Positions 49,171 through 61,989 are shown, numbered from the whole stretch's first letter. The stretch: DNA of 62,663 nucleotides, filler included, from Rhabdomonas costata (GCA_019059605.1; 33 parts of 33 records of this genome joined end to end with filler, not necessarily neighbours in it), one strand, 5' to 3'. The notes: a model not told the origin generated them from the sequence alone. Made by a program: numbers and translations.

Positions 49171-52100
49171 CTGTTTGGAAAATGCCAAAACAGATGAGAT
49201 GGTACGAGGGTGGTACTGGATCGGCGAATGCCTGCTCATATATTACCCAGTTTCCAAGGTGCATTCCACCGCCAGGGCGGCAGGGCGCTTGCCCCGGAAC
49301 TCCTTCCCACTCCATGCAACTCTCACGGTAACCCTAGCTGAAGGGTTCCAACACCAACNNNNNNNNNNNNNNNNNNNNNNNNNNNNNNNNNNNNNNNNNN
49401 NNTTAATTAATTAANNNNNNNNNNNNNNNNNNNNNNNNNNNNNNNNNNNNNNNNNNNNTGTTGGGGGGTCTTGCAAAAATGCAGAATTTTGGTATTTAAC
49501 GGCGTTGAACGTTTACCACCGTTAAACACCAAACTTTTCAATAGGCATTTTCGGAGCACGGGGGGTTAGGTGGGGTAAGTGTGCCTGTCCCCACCAGATG
49601 GTGCTATTTTTCTGAAATAGGTTTAGGTAACTTCTCTTGTCGGTGTTAACGGTGTGGCATTCTCAGCCTCCCTTCCATAACACGCACAGTCAGATATTCA
49701 ATGGAACTAAGGTACTCTCAGCACAAACCATACCAGAGGCATGCGGATGCGGCCGAATGGGGGGGGGGTCATTTCGAGCCTACATGTCAGCCTTATGTCA
49801 GTCAAACCACCAGCACAGCCACCATTTTTTTGGGAGCTAACAACAATGAAACGGATTCTCAAGCTTCCAAGTCCCACGTTTACGACTTAACGACAATGCT
49901 CAGGAACACCGACGCCCGGAGCCCGTTTGAAGAGTTGCACAGGCACCCTGGCTGAAGAACTGATAAGGATACACCCACACAGGAGTCACAGAAGAGAATA
50001 CTGTTTTGCAGATGCCGTCTCGCCTGACACAGACACTGCTCGAGCTCGCTGAGGCCAAGCTCATCCCCCTGCTCGCAACTACGCGAACAAGGAGACAAAA
50101 ATAACTGGAGAAAAAAAAGGCGACGACGCTCCGCGATCATTCCACACACTCAATCCCACCCGCGAACAAAAAAAGACCTGCGATCAAGCAGAGACGCAGA
50201 GACGCAGAGAACCCAAAGGTAACAACGACACCCACAACTTCCTACCACCACGAAGAGCTGAACTGCACCTGCAACACAGGCAAGGCGCCAAACGCCCAAA
50301 CACACGGACCCGCAACTTGTTAGCAGAAGAATTCGGCAAGGCGCAGCCACCTGTGAAGTTTTGTGGGGAAGCACAAACAACACACCGGCCGAAGGGAAAG
50401 AACACAAAATACCGTACAGAACAGAAGCCCGACTGAGAATGAAGGGAAAGAGACGAAGAGGGTGAATTCGCCAACGCGTGTTGCGACGCGGGCGATAAAG
50501 AAGCAAAAAGAGAAAATGACTGGGAGAGCGGCAACCAAACTAGCAGAAGGCACGACAGCTGTCGTCCCGGAGCAAAGCTTCATACACGCCTGTCCCATTT
50601 GTTTTCGGCTGCCCCAAAGGGAAGCGGACAAAAAGGAGAAAAGGTGAACAAACGGTGCCGGGCACCAGCTGTGAAAGACATCAGCTGGGTGCACAAATCA
50701 TTCAGGATAATGAAGAAATACAATAAACCAAAGCGGAATAGAATAAAACACAACGCACGGGGCATCCACCCAGAGACAGAGTTGGGCGTGTTCAGAGCCA
50801 AGGTTAGAGAAAGAGAAGAAATACGGCTGACACTGCGTGCGTCGTCAAGGCCTCGTTTTTTTCCTTGCCGCACGCTTATCCACATTCTGCTTTTGCCCAA
50901 AGGGAAGAAGAGAGATGGAGGAGGCAGAAGAGAGAGAATGACTGCATTGATGAGAGCGGGTGTGGCGCCTGAGGGGAGTGGGGTTACGCCGCCAGAGAGG
51001 CCTCCTGCTCGGGGGCAAGGAAGTCCAGCGGGTTGCCCTGGGCCTTGAGAGCTCGGAACTGCCTCTTGGCCTGCAGAAGGGTCACCCAATCACACCAATA
51101 CTGGTTATATACCGTTCTCAAATGTGCACCCCAATTTCGGACAACTGCGAGTCTCATGCCAGGAGTGCGAAACGAATCAAACCGGATAACTGCAAGAACT
51201 GTTGGAGCCATGACAACGACTACCATGCCTGCCAATCCTCGCAAGCGAAATTGATANNNNNNNNNNNNNNNNNNNNNNNNNNNNNNNNNNNNNNNNNNNN
51301 TTAATTAATTAANNNNNNNNNNNNNNNNNNNNNNNNNNNNNNNNNNNNNNNNNNNNTCGCAGAGACAGCAAAAACAGACAAGGAGAGTGGCGAATCCTCC
51401 CGCCCACCTCATGTACAGGACCGGGAAGAAAAAAGAGCGGAGGGGAAACAAATGCCAGAAATCCCTGCCAAGGGAGATAGCGGAGAAAGTCTGGGCGGTG
51501 ACAAGCTAATATAGAAGTGCAGAACGAGCGTGGAGTCTAAAACACCTCGTCATCTGCTTTCCTGCGACTCCTGGGGATGGGATGGGAATCGGGTTTACGC
51601 AGAGGTAAGGTGGGGCACGGGTAATTGCACGGCCGGTTCGGGTGGTAGGTGATCTGACGACAAAATCACCCCTCTCACTCACTTCTTTGCTATTCTGTGA
51701 AATATGCGGGGGTGGTGCGAGGAACCATCTGGGTGGACGAACACCGCAAAGAAGAAAAAGGAGCAGCCTCCGCATGCAGGTGTGGGTACACTGCGCGGGA
51801 AGAGGTAGCGTTGGGTAGGAAAACAATTCAGGCTACAGATTTGGTGTGCAGCACAAGGACACACATGATTCCGAACCACACGCCGCGCTTTGAGGGGAGC
51901 AAGAGGTAGCAACTGGCATTGACACGCAACCGCGGTCCAGAATTTGTACCGCTCACAGCCAACCATTACATTCCCCCCAAAAGCAGAACCAGAAAAGAAG
52001 AGACAGGGCAAGCACTCTAGGTGTATACGTGTGTATGTGTGCCAGTGGGTGGGGGATACGGGGATGACTGTCGTAAAAAAATGCACATTGCGGCGAGAGG

Positions 52101-55100
52101 GGGCATGATCATGCTCGATTTCCCGGCGGGTCCACACACCCCAAAGGTGGGGATTCACAACGGAACGAAAAGGAGATCCAAAGCTGGTTTTCCCGACACC
52201 CTCTCACCCTCGCAGCATTTGTGCATACCCATTGCCCCAAACCAGCAGGTGCCACCGGAGCAAATGTGCAAAGCAAGGCGCAAATGACGGGAAGAGGGCA
52301 ACATCAACAGGAAAAAGGGAAGTGGTGACAGACAATCGCGTGGGCACACATAAAATGCACACCTGAATTCTTGTTTGACGTGAGACATTTTTGTTTGTTC
52401 GCGTCGGTCTCGCAAGCTCCCCGCACATCCTTTTTGAGCACAACGAGGACCCCTCTCGGCCGTGTACGTGAAGCACTGACGCACGCAGACACGGTGACTT
52501 TTGGGGTGGCATACGAAAATGTGGTGAACCAATCATTGCATTCATCCCAATAGCATTCAAAAAGTATACCCCGAGATATTCAGTTACCATATCTTGGGGC
52601 AGCAAGAAAAGCAAGACACGCACTTTTTTGGTCTGCGTGGGGGTTGTATAACTCCATGTGAGAAAAGTATGGTGAAGAAAAGAACTTGCTGTGGGGGGGA
52701 GGCTGTGCTGCTCTACTTTCATTGGTCAAGAGAATTGCGCCAACACGAAAGCAGTCGCACGTCACAAGCAACTGCGCATGGGAAACGAGCTGGAAAGCCA
52801 AAAAGCAATCCGCCCATAAACCATGCTTTTGGGCGTGCCGCTCTGTGTGGGGAGCAGAACGACGTATATATATGCCTGCTTGTCCCTACTGTTTCCACGA
52901 AAGGTAAGGTAAACACGCAAGGGAGGCCACCCAACCAGACAACGCGCACTCCACGACACAGGAATAAAATAAGACCGGCTATTACTTAATTTTGCCGATC
53001 CGGCGTTGAGTGGTCGCTCTCGAACCGAATGCATTTTAAATTGGAGCCGCGTGCGCCTCCTCGATGGAGCTGCCCACGCTCTGCACTTCTGCATCCGACT
53101 TGAACTGCTCCAGGACAGAGCTCATCCCGCACACGCCGTGATCTGCTTCCCCACACACNNNNNNNNNNNNNNNNNNNNNNNNNNNNNNNNNNNNNNNNNN
53201 NNTTAATTAATTAANNNNNNNNNNNNNNNNNNNNNNNNNNNNNNNNNNNNNNNNNNNNGGTTGTGTGGCCATCCGATAATCAAATTGTAGATATGGCCAC
53301 ACAGCAAATAGAACAACCGAGTGGACAGGAAATCTTCGAACAGTGGGACCGGATAAACTGAATTTTGAAGTGAAAAATTGAACCTTTCTGTGTTTTTGGT
53401 TTCATTCTAACGCTTTTGTTTTAAGATTGGAATGGAAAGTAATTTTCAACTAAATAAACCGAAATCAATAAAAAATGAAGGGTTAAACACGACAGTCTAC
53501 TTTGGAACACGCACCAAGTAAGAAAAAGAAATACATTGGACAAGCCGAAATGTGTCAGGCGCAGGAGTGCAAAAACAGAAAAAGTGAAGAATATGCTGAA
53601 GGAAACGGTGGATAATAACGCAAGTACCAGTAGTTGTTGCTATCCATCATCTGCGAGGAAGATGGATGTATCGAACATGTGTGTCCGCTTATTGTGCAAT
53701 TTGCGAATTTTTGGGTGCTTTTTATACAATGGTTTCTTTTATAATTGCAGAATATGCCGAGCGGTGGCGGGCGTGTGACGGAAAAACCTGCCGGCCGGCA
53801 GGGTGAAATGGTGAAAGCGGCATGTGTGGTTGGATGATGGTGTGTTGTGGACGCTTAGAACACAGAACTCAGTCTCAAGCACTGTTAAGTCTGCATCTCA
53901 TATATAAATGATGCCTCAGTCCTTTGTGCATTCCCATGAAGCATCCTTCTTACCCATTGGCTTCTGCTCACACAAAAACCCCTTTTGGATCAGATCGTGC
54001 CTTCCACCAGTTCCTCCAGAAATTCTATCGATTTCGCTTGCATCTTTCCCATTTACCCCTTTTCCCCACAAAATCCTCTTTCCTGTTGTGCCACATGACA
54101 AGTCCCATTCTCCTCCACTCCCGTCGAATTTTATGGCCGATTCTCCCGCTCATTCTTCCCTCATCCATCTTGTGGGACAAATCATTGGCTTGACAACCCA
54201 CTACCTTTGGCACAACACATTTCTTTTGACAGGCTGTTTCTTTTCCTCACACTCGTGCTGAGCAGTGACCTCAACCCGCACATTGGTTCGAGTCCACTTG
54301 CGTTGCATTGCAATTTGTTATCGCCTCATCCCATGGTAGCCCCTGTTTTGTACTGTATTGCGTGTTTTCCCCTGACTGGTTTTTGGTTTATTTAAAATGT
54401 AAGTCTACCGCCGAAATTTGTCGGAAATTTTCTACCATGTTTTCCAAATTAATCATCAGGCTCTGGAATCAGTCTCCATCAAATATTTTACGTTTCTTAG
54501 AGTTTTACAATGCTTTACTGGTAAATTCTCTGTTGGCTTTATTTTACTTCCAAATCCCAACCGCCAACCGACGTCTCGGAATCATGCGGCATGCTTTTCT
54601 TTTCTTATTAGTCCTTTATCCTTCTTTCTATCTTCCTAAGTTAAACTTACCGTGTGAAATGTGATTCCCTACCTGTGAAAGCTTCCACCGATGATTCTTC
54701 ACTTCAGTGGAATGGAGAAATGAAACTGGGATCATACCCAGAAGAAGTTCTCGACGTGGGTTTGTTTACTAAAAATCAAAATGGTAAAAACCCAGAGTAG
54801 ATCCGGGATACAGGACTCTAACACCTGGTAGCAGAGGTTTTGTTTCTACCTGCGCACCCCCACCAAGGAACACCACTCACTGAAGTTTTCGCAAGAAACA
54901 CCAATCTATCCACCGCCCTATTTTGCGCTATTTTTACAGGGGAAAACTTCGGAAACGTACCGCTAAAATCCAAAAAAGAGAACCTCACAGCAAACCATGT
55001 TGTCGGGAATAGAAACAAACAAAAATGAGCGGTAAACAACCTGAAGGAGGAACACCCAACNNNNNNNNNNNNNNNNNNNNNNNNNNNNNNNNNNNNNNNN

Positions 55101-55429
55101 NNNNTTAATTAATTAANNNNNNNNNNNNNNNNNNNNNNNNNNNNNNNNNNNNNNNNNNNNGACCATGGACGCTGGAAGAGGTGGAAAACTTCACGGCGTT
55201 TAATTACGTTGGGGTTGGCTCAGTAGCTGGGATTGCAGTCATTAGAGTTGTTGGTTTCACTGATGTGAACGTGCACTAAAGGGTGGCTGCGAGTAAACTG
55301 ACACACGTAAGTGACTCTGTAGTCTGGTCTTATATCCATGAAAATTTACCATCCAATCGCTTAAGCGCCTTCAATTGTGACGGCTCTTCTTGGCAAGGTT
55401 GTGAACAATCAGTAACTCCATGCCTTTCA

Positions 55430-55800
55430 TGAAATCAAAAATAAAGTTGTTTGTACGCAGGCGTATGTTTTGAACTTAGCAGTATACGCAGGGTAATCTC
55501 CGTTGTTTTTCTTAATATTATGCGTTGACTCAAAAATGAGTTGGTAATAGTAGTTCTTCGTTAGGTACTGCGCCTTTAGCATGTCTGTGAACTGGTCACA
55601 TGAGGTGAAGGTTGTCCATTAGCGAAGATGCCTCGTCCGGCGTCTACAAAGGCCATTTGGGATTAGCGGATGGAAATTGGTCTGGTAATTCTCGCTGGCA
55701 TTTTTTCGTTCACTCTAACCAGAAAGTCCATGAAGTGTTCTAGGTTGCCGTCAAACGTTTCGAACTCGGGATATTTTTCCAGTAGTTTTGTATTTCCTGC
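55430..55800 (-). mobile_element. Retrotransposon gag pseudogene with frameshifts and a stop; absent from the ORF track
   Basis: Hand translation: LLEKYPEFETFDGNLEHFMDFLVRVNEK/KCQRELPDQ/ISIR*SQMAFVDAGRGIFANG/FTSCDQFTDMLKAQYLTKNYYYQLIFESTHNIKKNNGDYPAYTAKFK. This fits the Retrotrans_gag pattern and aligns to 25941-26310. Confidence 0.7.
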
Positions 55801-58004
55801 GGCTTCAGATTAACTTGAGCCTAGAATGTTTTGAAAGAGACACCTGTAGCTTGTACAAAGTTTTGCATCACTTCCATTAGATGGGTTTGCTTGAGTAGGA
55901 GTTTTGGTACAGCAAAATCGGGTTAGATTACTTTAGTTTTGTCTAATGCGGTAGCAAATTTTAAAACAAGACTGTTGTGTCAAATGAACAAAAAGTCCGC
56001 GGGTGAAAAGCGGCACCAAAGGAAAGCAAAAGCATGAAGAAAAGCACTAAATTACAGTGGGTGTTGTGAAGTACAAATACAGTAGCAACGGTCAAGTTGA
56101 ATTGCCAGAAGATCATTTGGCCAAAGGAACGTTTTTTAGGATGTGACGGATTAGGATTTGGAATGTGAACGGCACATTGCCTCAGAGAATTTGGGGGAGT
56201 GGTGATCCAGAAGAAAGATTAAGAATCAAAAAATATAATTTGGTTTCATGAAGAAATCAACTCTTACGCACCTATTTAGAAAACACAAAAGTAAAATAAT
56301 AAGACACAATTTTCTTGGGCTTTGCCACGTGTTTCCACTTCTCTCTAGCTCATTTGGTTCTGGATGGGCCTTTGAAAAGACGAAGTCAAAGGCTACAAAA
56401 TCTGGTTACCACCAAACGTTTGAACAGCATACTACAAAGCACGAAGGCAATAAACAGCAAGGATCCAAAATGACCAGGTCCCACCATATCCCGGTGGGCC
56501 GTAATACTTTGCCCCAAGACACTCAATACCTGGGGCACATTTTGCACCACTGGTTGGTTGCTGTCCTTTTTTCTGCTTGAATTTTTCTGTGTGTCTTCCG
56601 CAGAAAATAAAGAGCATCTTCATCTCATTGGAAAAACTGCGTGGAATTAACCATTTTCATTCCCAAGGATGGTTCGAATAGCGGTCCAAACATCTCGGTC
56701 TTAAATTCAGGATTCCTGGCGGAGCAGACATTCCGGTAACCGGTTACCAAGCCGGTTTGTGACACTCTCTCACACTTGCAGTTTACTTCTGAAAGCCGAA
56801 CCGGATTGGCAAGGAGTGTTTTTCAAACTCTGAACTGTTAGACAAACTCCTTTAACAGTTTAAATTTGCTGCTTGGGGGTGTTTGATGAACTTCTGGTGG
56901 ATGGGTGCCTCAACCAAAGCACAAACGAATGCAAGAAAAAGAGTTTAAACACACCACACTTNNNNNNNNNNNNNNNNNNNNNNNNNNNNNNNNNNNNNNN
57001 NNNNNTTAATTAATTAANNNNNNNNNNNNNNNNNNNNNNNNNNNNNNNNNNNNNNNNNNNNGTGGGTTGTTGCGTGTATCTGATCACCGTATCTGATATC
57101 TGCGGCAGAGCGTACATTTGCGCCCGTGAAGTCCTCCCGGCTACTTGCAAAGAAGTTATCATAACTGACCTGAGGGGCATTGCGGTATCCCGTTCCCAGC
57201 CCGCAACAGCTGTGAATGAAGCTGGGGAGCTGGGGAGGGACCCCGAGTTTGACGCTTGAATGTCTGCTTTCCGCCCCGCTGTATGTGAGATGCGTTGCAC
57301 GATCCTGTCATCAACCTGCGACACGAGGCACACACACATCATGCAAGTAGGACAAGGGTATTTTTTTGTTCGTTTCTTCGTTCGGTCTATATCTTAAAGA
57401 TAAATGACCTTCCTTCCCAGTACTAGCGTGGAATCTGTTGTTTGTGCTTCTTGGTGGTCCCGCTGAATTTTTGCTCCAAACTCTTCTGCTGGTTGGAAGG
57501 AGCTCATCACTGCAGACAGGGGTGAATGCTGACGACACTTATTTTTTCACGTCACCTTGCAGTTCGCTTGAATCTGTGTGAATCGTGTAGATTTGGGTAC
57601 TACGAACCATGCAAGTCTCCAGGCATGCCCAAGCAGATCGGGTGCCAGTGTTAACGGGGATTTGGGTACTTACCACGTGCTTTAGGTGCAATATTTTCCC
57701 TGCTCTATTTTTGTGTATTTCGTCTGCTTAACGTATCATCAATACGCCGTCAACCACCGACGCGTACATAATCTTCTGTCAGGCGCAATGAAGGGCGAAG
57801 GTCAAAGTGGTGCGTAGTGAGTTTGGGTGGAAGGAGATATAGATTTTCTTTTGCCGTCTTTTATATTGCCGGTGGTGGTGGTGCAGTGTGCCGTATTTGA
57901 ATGATTTTGGTGGGCTGTGTTCCCGAGCTTTGGTAAGTTTTCGTTTGTGTGCTGTAGTGTGCTGCGGTGTGCTGCGGTGGGAATCCAAGTGAGGGGAGAG
58001 AAAA

Positions 58005-58349
58005 ATGTCCAGCCTCACCTTTGAAGAGCGTCTCCGGGAGGCGGTGGTGGACCTGCGCGAACAGCTGAAACAGGTCCGCGGCGGAAACATAAAGTGTGTC
58101 ACGAGGCTAAACGGAAATTTGAACGGGAAACTTTTGCGTATCATGGCGGTCCTAACCGCCTCCATTGGTATGGGTTTGGGACTTGCGGCAACAAGCGTAA
58201 TTGTGTGCTTCTCACCGTTGGTCTAAGGTCTGCCTCCCCTCACGTTTCGCTTCGCCTATTGAGGGAGGGGTGGTTTTCGACAGGATGAGCGGATCATGGA
58301 CGACAAGGCGCCCAAGGAGCGAGTGGCACAGATGCAGTACTACCTTCTG
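58005..58349 (+). CDS. First two exons (58005-58073, 58284-58349) of an unknown helical protein
   Basis: A phase-0 GT-AG intron gives MSSLTFEERLREAVVDLREQLKQDERIMDDKAPKERVAQMQYYLL. Confidence 0.6.
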
Positions 58350-58962
58350 GTGTCGTCGCAGCACTGTGCTGCGCGTTTTGTCCCCCCTTCCCCTCCCCCT
58401 TTGCGCTCAGCTGTGGAAGCTTAGCTGCACGGTATTTCAGTGTTGGCGCTGCTGTACCCCAGGGAGGCTGACCCCCACCCTGGTGTTGAGCTGAGTACTA
58501 AAAAAGCACGAGCAAGCCTTATCGATGGCAGCACCAGTGCCGACGCTGGCATTTAGACACTGACACACTGTCTGAGGTCCCCTTTTCAAGCGCCGCACAT
58601 CTCGATGCAACCCTGTACCCACATAGCGCTCTATGTTCGTCTTAAGAGTGAGCAGTCAGTCGCTGCCCACTGACTGCGCAAGAAGTTCGCCCCCCACCCC
58701 CATAGTGCCAATCATAGTTCATAGTTTTTCAGACCGTCCGCTTTCAACCATTCAAATGAGCATTCCCTCTGAGGCCTTGCAAGCATACAGGCCTCCAAAC
58801 CTTGGTTTGCAGAGTTGGGCGGGTTTGAATGGTTGAAAGCGGACGGTCTGAAAAACAACAAANNNNNNNNNNNNNNNNNNNNNNNNNNNNNNNNNNNNNN
58901 NNNNNNTTAATTAATTAANNNNNNNNNNNNNNNNNNNNNNNNNNNNNNNNNNNNNNNNNNNN

Positions 58963-59853
58963 GACAGCCCCTTGGCCAACCCATCGGTAGTGGTCTCTGC
59001 AAGCAGCAGTGCGGAAGCTGTGCTGATCAGCGGTGGAAGCTCCGGAGACATTGCTGGGATTATCACTGCAGTGAAGGCCTCTCGTCCGGCACAGCCCATC
59101 TTTGTGTTCTTTTCCAGCATAGAGCCGATGCACGTGGTTGCAGGGTTGCCCGCTGGCCTTGAAGGAGTGTACTTCACATCGTTTGTGCCCTCCCCCAGCT
59201 CAGATGCCGACCTGATTAGCGTGTACAGCCGAGCCGCTGTGCAGCAGCAGAATGCTTCTTTGGGCGTGAGCTTTTCTGCGCTGGAGGGGTTTCTGGCTGC
59301 GAAGCTGGTGGCCCAGTTGGTGAGCAGTGTTCAAGGCTCGGTCAGCTCATCGGGGCTGAAGCAAGCGCTGTACAGCTCCTCGGTGTTTAGCGTTGATGGC
59401 GTGCGGCTTGGCCCATTTGTAGGCTCGTCGTGCCTTTCTTATAGCAAAGATTCGAGCTGCCAATGCGACCTGGGTGCCAGCAGCGTTGCCGTTCTTGAAC
59501 TGAGCACATCAAGGAAGGTTGAGCAAGCCCCAAATGGAGTGCTCAACTTTGCCACCTGCGAAGTCCAGCTGGTGCTTGGTTCGGATGGGAGCTCTTCGTC
59601 CGTGGGATTTCTGGTGGGGATCATTGTTGCTGCTCTGGTGTTGTTCGGCCTTATCGTTGGCGTATTCCTCCATCTACTGTTGGCGAAAAAGCGAGCGCGG
59701 GATGCCGCCATTAAGGCCGCTCCGAAAGGGGAGGTGACAATTGCCTTCACCGACGTGCAGGACAGCACTCGGCTTTGGGACGTGTGCCCCGGGATGCGCG
59801 ACGCGCTGGACACCCACAACGATGTAATGAGAGTTCTTATCCAGCGCTATCAG
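58963..59853 (+). CDS. Receptor-type adenylate cyclase (Venus-flytrap C-lobe, TM helix, start of catalytic domain), partial
   Basis: GVYFTSFVPSP..SALEGFLAAKLV..ALY..VDGVRLGPF..CQCDLG ectodomain, TM GFLVGIIVAALVLFGLIVGVFL, then APKGEVTIAFTDVQDSTRLW..MRDALDTHNDVMRVLI as in trypanosomatid ESAG4/GRESAG4-type cyclases. Donor CAG|GTAGTT. Confidence 0.92.
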
Positions 59854-60659
59854 GTAGTTTTTAGCATAAACCCAGTGGAAGACATGGGGTCACATAACCT
59901 CGGTCCCATAGACAATTTACAGGTGTCCACGAGAATAGCTCTGTGTAAAGGGCACAGGCCGAAGTGAATCGGGTCTTTTGAATGTATAATCGGAGCAAAA
60001 GGCGGGTAAGAAGCGGGATAAGAGGGCAGCACCAGAGAACAGAGAATAAAAGAGCCACCAAAGGCCCATGACCTGACGGCCTACCCAAAAAAGCAAAAGA
60101 ATCCCGCTCTGACGTTCCCGCGCCCACTCGAGTTGACAAATGCGAATAAAAGCTAGAGCAACACACAGCAGCTGCCCTGTTCGCGGGCAATGTGTTTGAC
60201 GTGCCACTGTTTATGCCCCTTATCGTGGGCAGTCGATTCGTCAAATTGCCCCTTATTCTTATTTAAAAAATACACTGGGGGGGGGGGAACGCCAGGCAAC
60301 TGCACGGTTTAGGGTTGCAGCAAAGGCAAGACGATTCAAAAAGGAGAAAAGGACACAACCTTCGCAGCTCGACACCTCGCAGTGCGCAAATGCGGTTCCA
60401 TTTCTGTTGTGCAAGCAACCGTAAGCAGAATTGTCAGCAGTTTTGGTTCCCTCATTCATAAAGATACAGAAAGACAAGGTAGGTCAACAGTGCGCCCAAA
60501 AACTCTCTCAACGCATACATGACACAAAGAAACAAAAGAAGCACTTCAAGTTTAATCGGCAGAGGGAGGGGGGCGACAAACAACAGTGATTGTGTCGATT
60601 GAATTTCAGCCCCCCCCCCCCCAAGAAAATACGCCTCAACACCACCACGGGAAAAAAAC

Positions 60660-60763
60660 CTCGGTCCAGGACGACCGTCCTGAGGTTCGCCGTCAGCTGC
60701 CCCTGTTGCAGCGCGCAGGCCAGGGCGCAGCCGTTGCTGCCCCCGCCCACAATCACCACACAA
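60660..60763 (-). CDS. FAD-dependent monooxygenase N-terminal exon, COQ6/UbiH-like
   Basis: VVIVGGGSNGCALACALQQGQLTANLRTVVLDR is a GxGxxG Rossmann beta-alpha-beta unit with a COQ6-like loop. GT donor at 60659. Confidence 0.65.
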
Positions 60764-60995
60764 NNNNNNNNNNNNNNNNNNNNNNNNNNNNNNNNNNNNN
60801 NNNNNNNTTAATTAATTAANNNNNNNNNNNNNNNNNNNNNNNNNNNNNNNNNNNNNNNNNNNNTTTTGGGGGTTTCAGTTCTTTATTCGACTTCGAAGCT
60901 GCTCCGTGGACCACTGCATTGGGTTTTTGTCAATGGAAAAACTTGCTTTTCGTCCGCTTTCTGGGAAGTGGACGGTTCTTCGATTTTCGCCGCAG

Positions 60996-61989
60996 TCTGG
61001 AGCACTGTTTGACGTGGAGGATAGCGCAGAGGACTTAATCACCGACTTCACGGACAGTGACACGGGCAGTCTCTCTGCCGCAGTTCCATCCCACCGAAAC
61101 GGCTCGTGGAGTCTGGACGCCGCGATGCAGAACCCAGGCAATATTTTTTGCTTTGCGCTTTGTTCTTCTTGCATGGGCTCATGCATATAAGGTTTTTCCG
61201 AGGGCTTCTTTTCTATCATCCGCATCCACATCCATATGCAAGGGACCTCCTTGCAATGACGCTCACGCAGTTTTGCATTGTTGGTTGAGCTTTTGCATGC
61301 CTTTGGTGGCCGGTACTATTTCCTCCTTTCCTTTGGTTTCTATGTTCATGCAAATGTGGCGTTCTGAGAATATGGAGTCATGGGCATGGATGAGGTTCGG
61401 GGGGTTCTTGCTGCAGAGGCCCTTCATGCCGCAGCGGTGTCCATCGCTGCGAAGTACGCCCCTCAGCGGCAAAACGATCAGCCTTCCCATGGTTCCTGCG
61501 TGTGCTGCTGCCATTTCGTGTGTCGGGTACAATTTCTCTCGCCGTGTCGCCGACGTTGGAGAAAGAGTAGCGCCGCGCATATGGCAACCATGCTGAAAAC
61601 TTTAGAGGAGGGGATATAGCTTTTTTTGGCTGGAGTTTTCCGGTTTGGCATGATTTTCGTTGACGTGAGCAGCCTCTTTGGATATGAGTTTGAGCACTCC
61701 CCATAGCCCCAACTTGACAACACTTGAAAAGGCAGTCTCGTGGTCTCGAATGCTCCTGGTTCAAGAAAGGAGTTGGCTGAGTAAAATGGCATTGCCAAGT
61801 ATAAGTTCAACTTCTCTCTTTCATTTCGCGAAGTGATTTGGTTTGATGGTTCGTACCGTTTTGGCAGGCGCTGAGAAATGCGGCAGCTCGGGGCACTGTG
61901 CAGATCCTGTTACTGCGGAAGAGTGCGACTCGGAGGACTCCGACATGAGAGCAGCGATTGCAGCCAGCTTGAGAGACGTTTCCATGAAG
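60996..61989 (+). CDS. Exons (60996-61137, 61868-61989) of a low-complexity protein with a ubiquitin-interacting motif
   Basis: DSEDSDMRAAIAASLRD matches the UIM consensus (acidic-x-x-hydrophobic-x-x-A-x-x-x-S-L). A GC-AG intron joins the exons in phase. Confidence 0.55.

Noticed and set aside
54255-54310. GGTTCGAGTCC B-box suggesting a tRNA or SINE
   Set aside because: I could not build a cloverleaf, acceptor stem or convincing A-box. tRNAscan-SE would settle it.
58724-58856. Perfect 33-bp inverted repeat resembling a MITE
   Set aside because: The right arm is the contig terminus and no TSD is visible. Same pattern as the other fold-backs.
1804-60863. Regularly spaced TTAATTAATTAA palindromes as a CRISPR-like array or biological repeat
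   Set aside because: Always centred in 44+44 N with a fixed 100-bp length: a synthetic six-frame-stop linker. ORFs running into X residues are artefacts.
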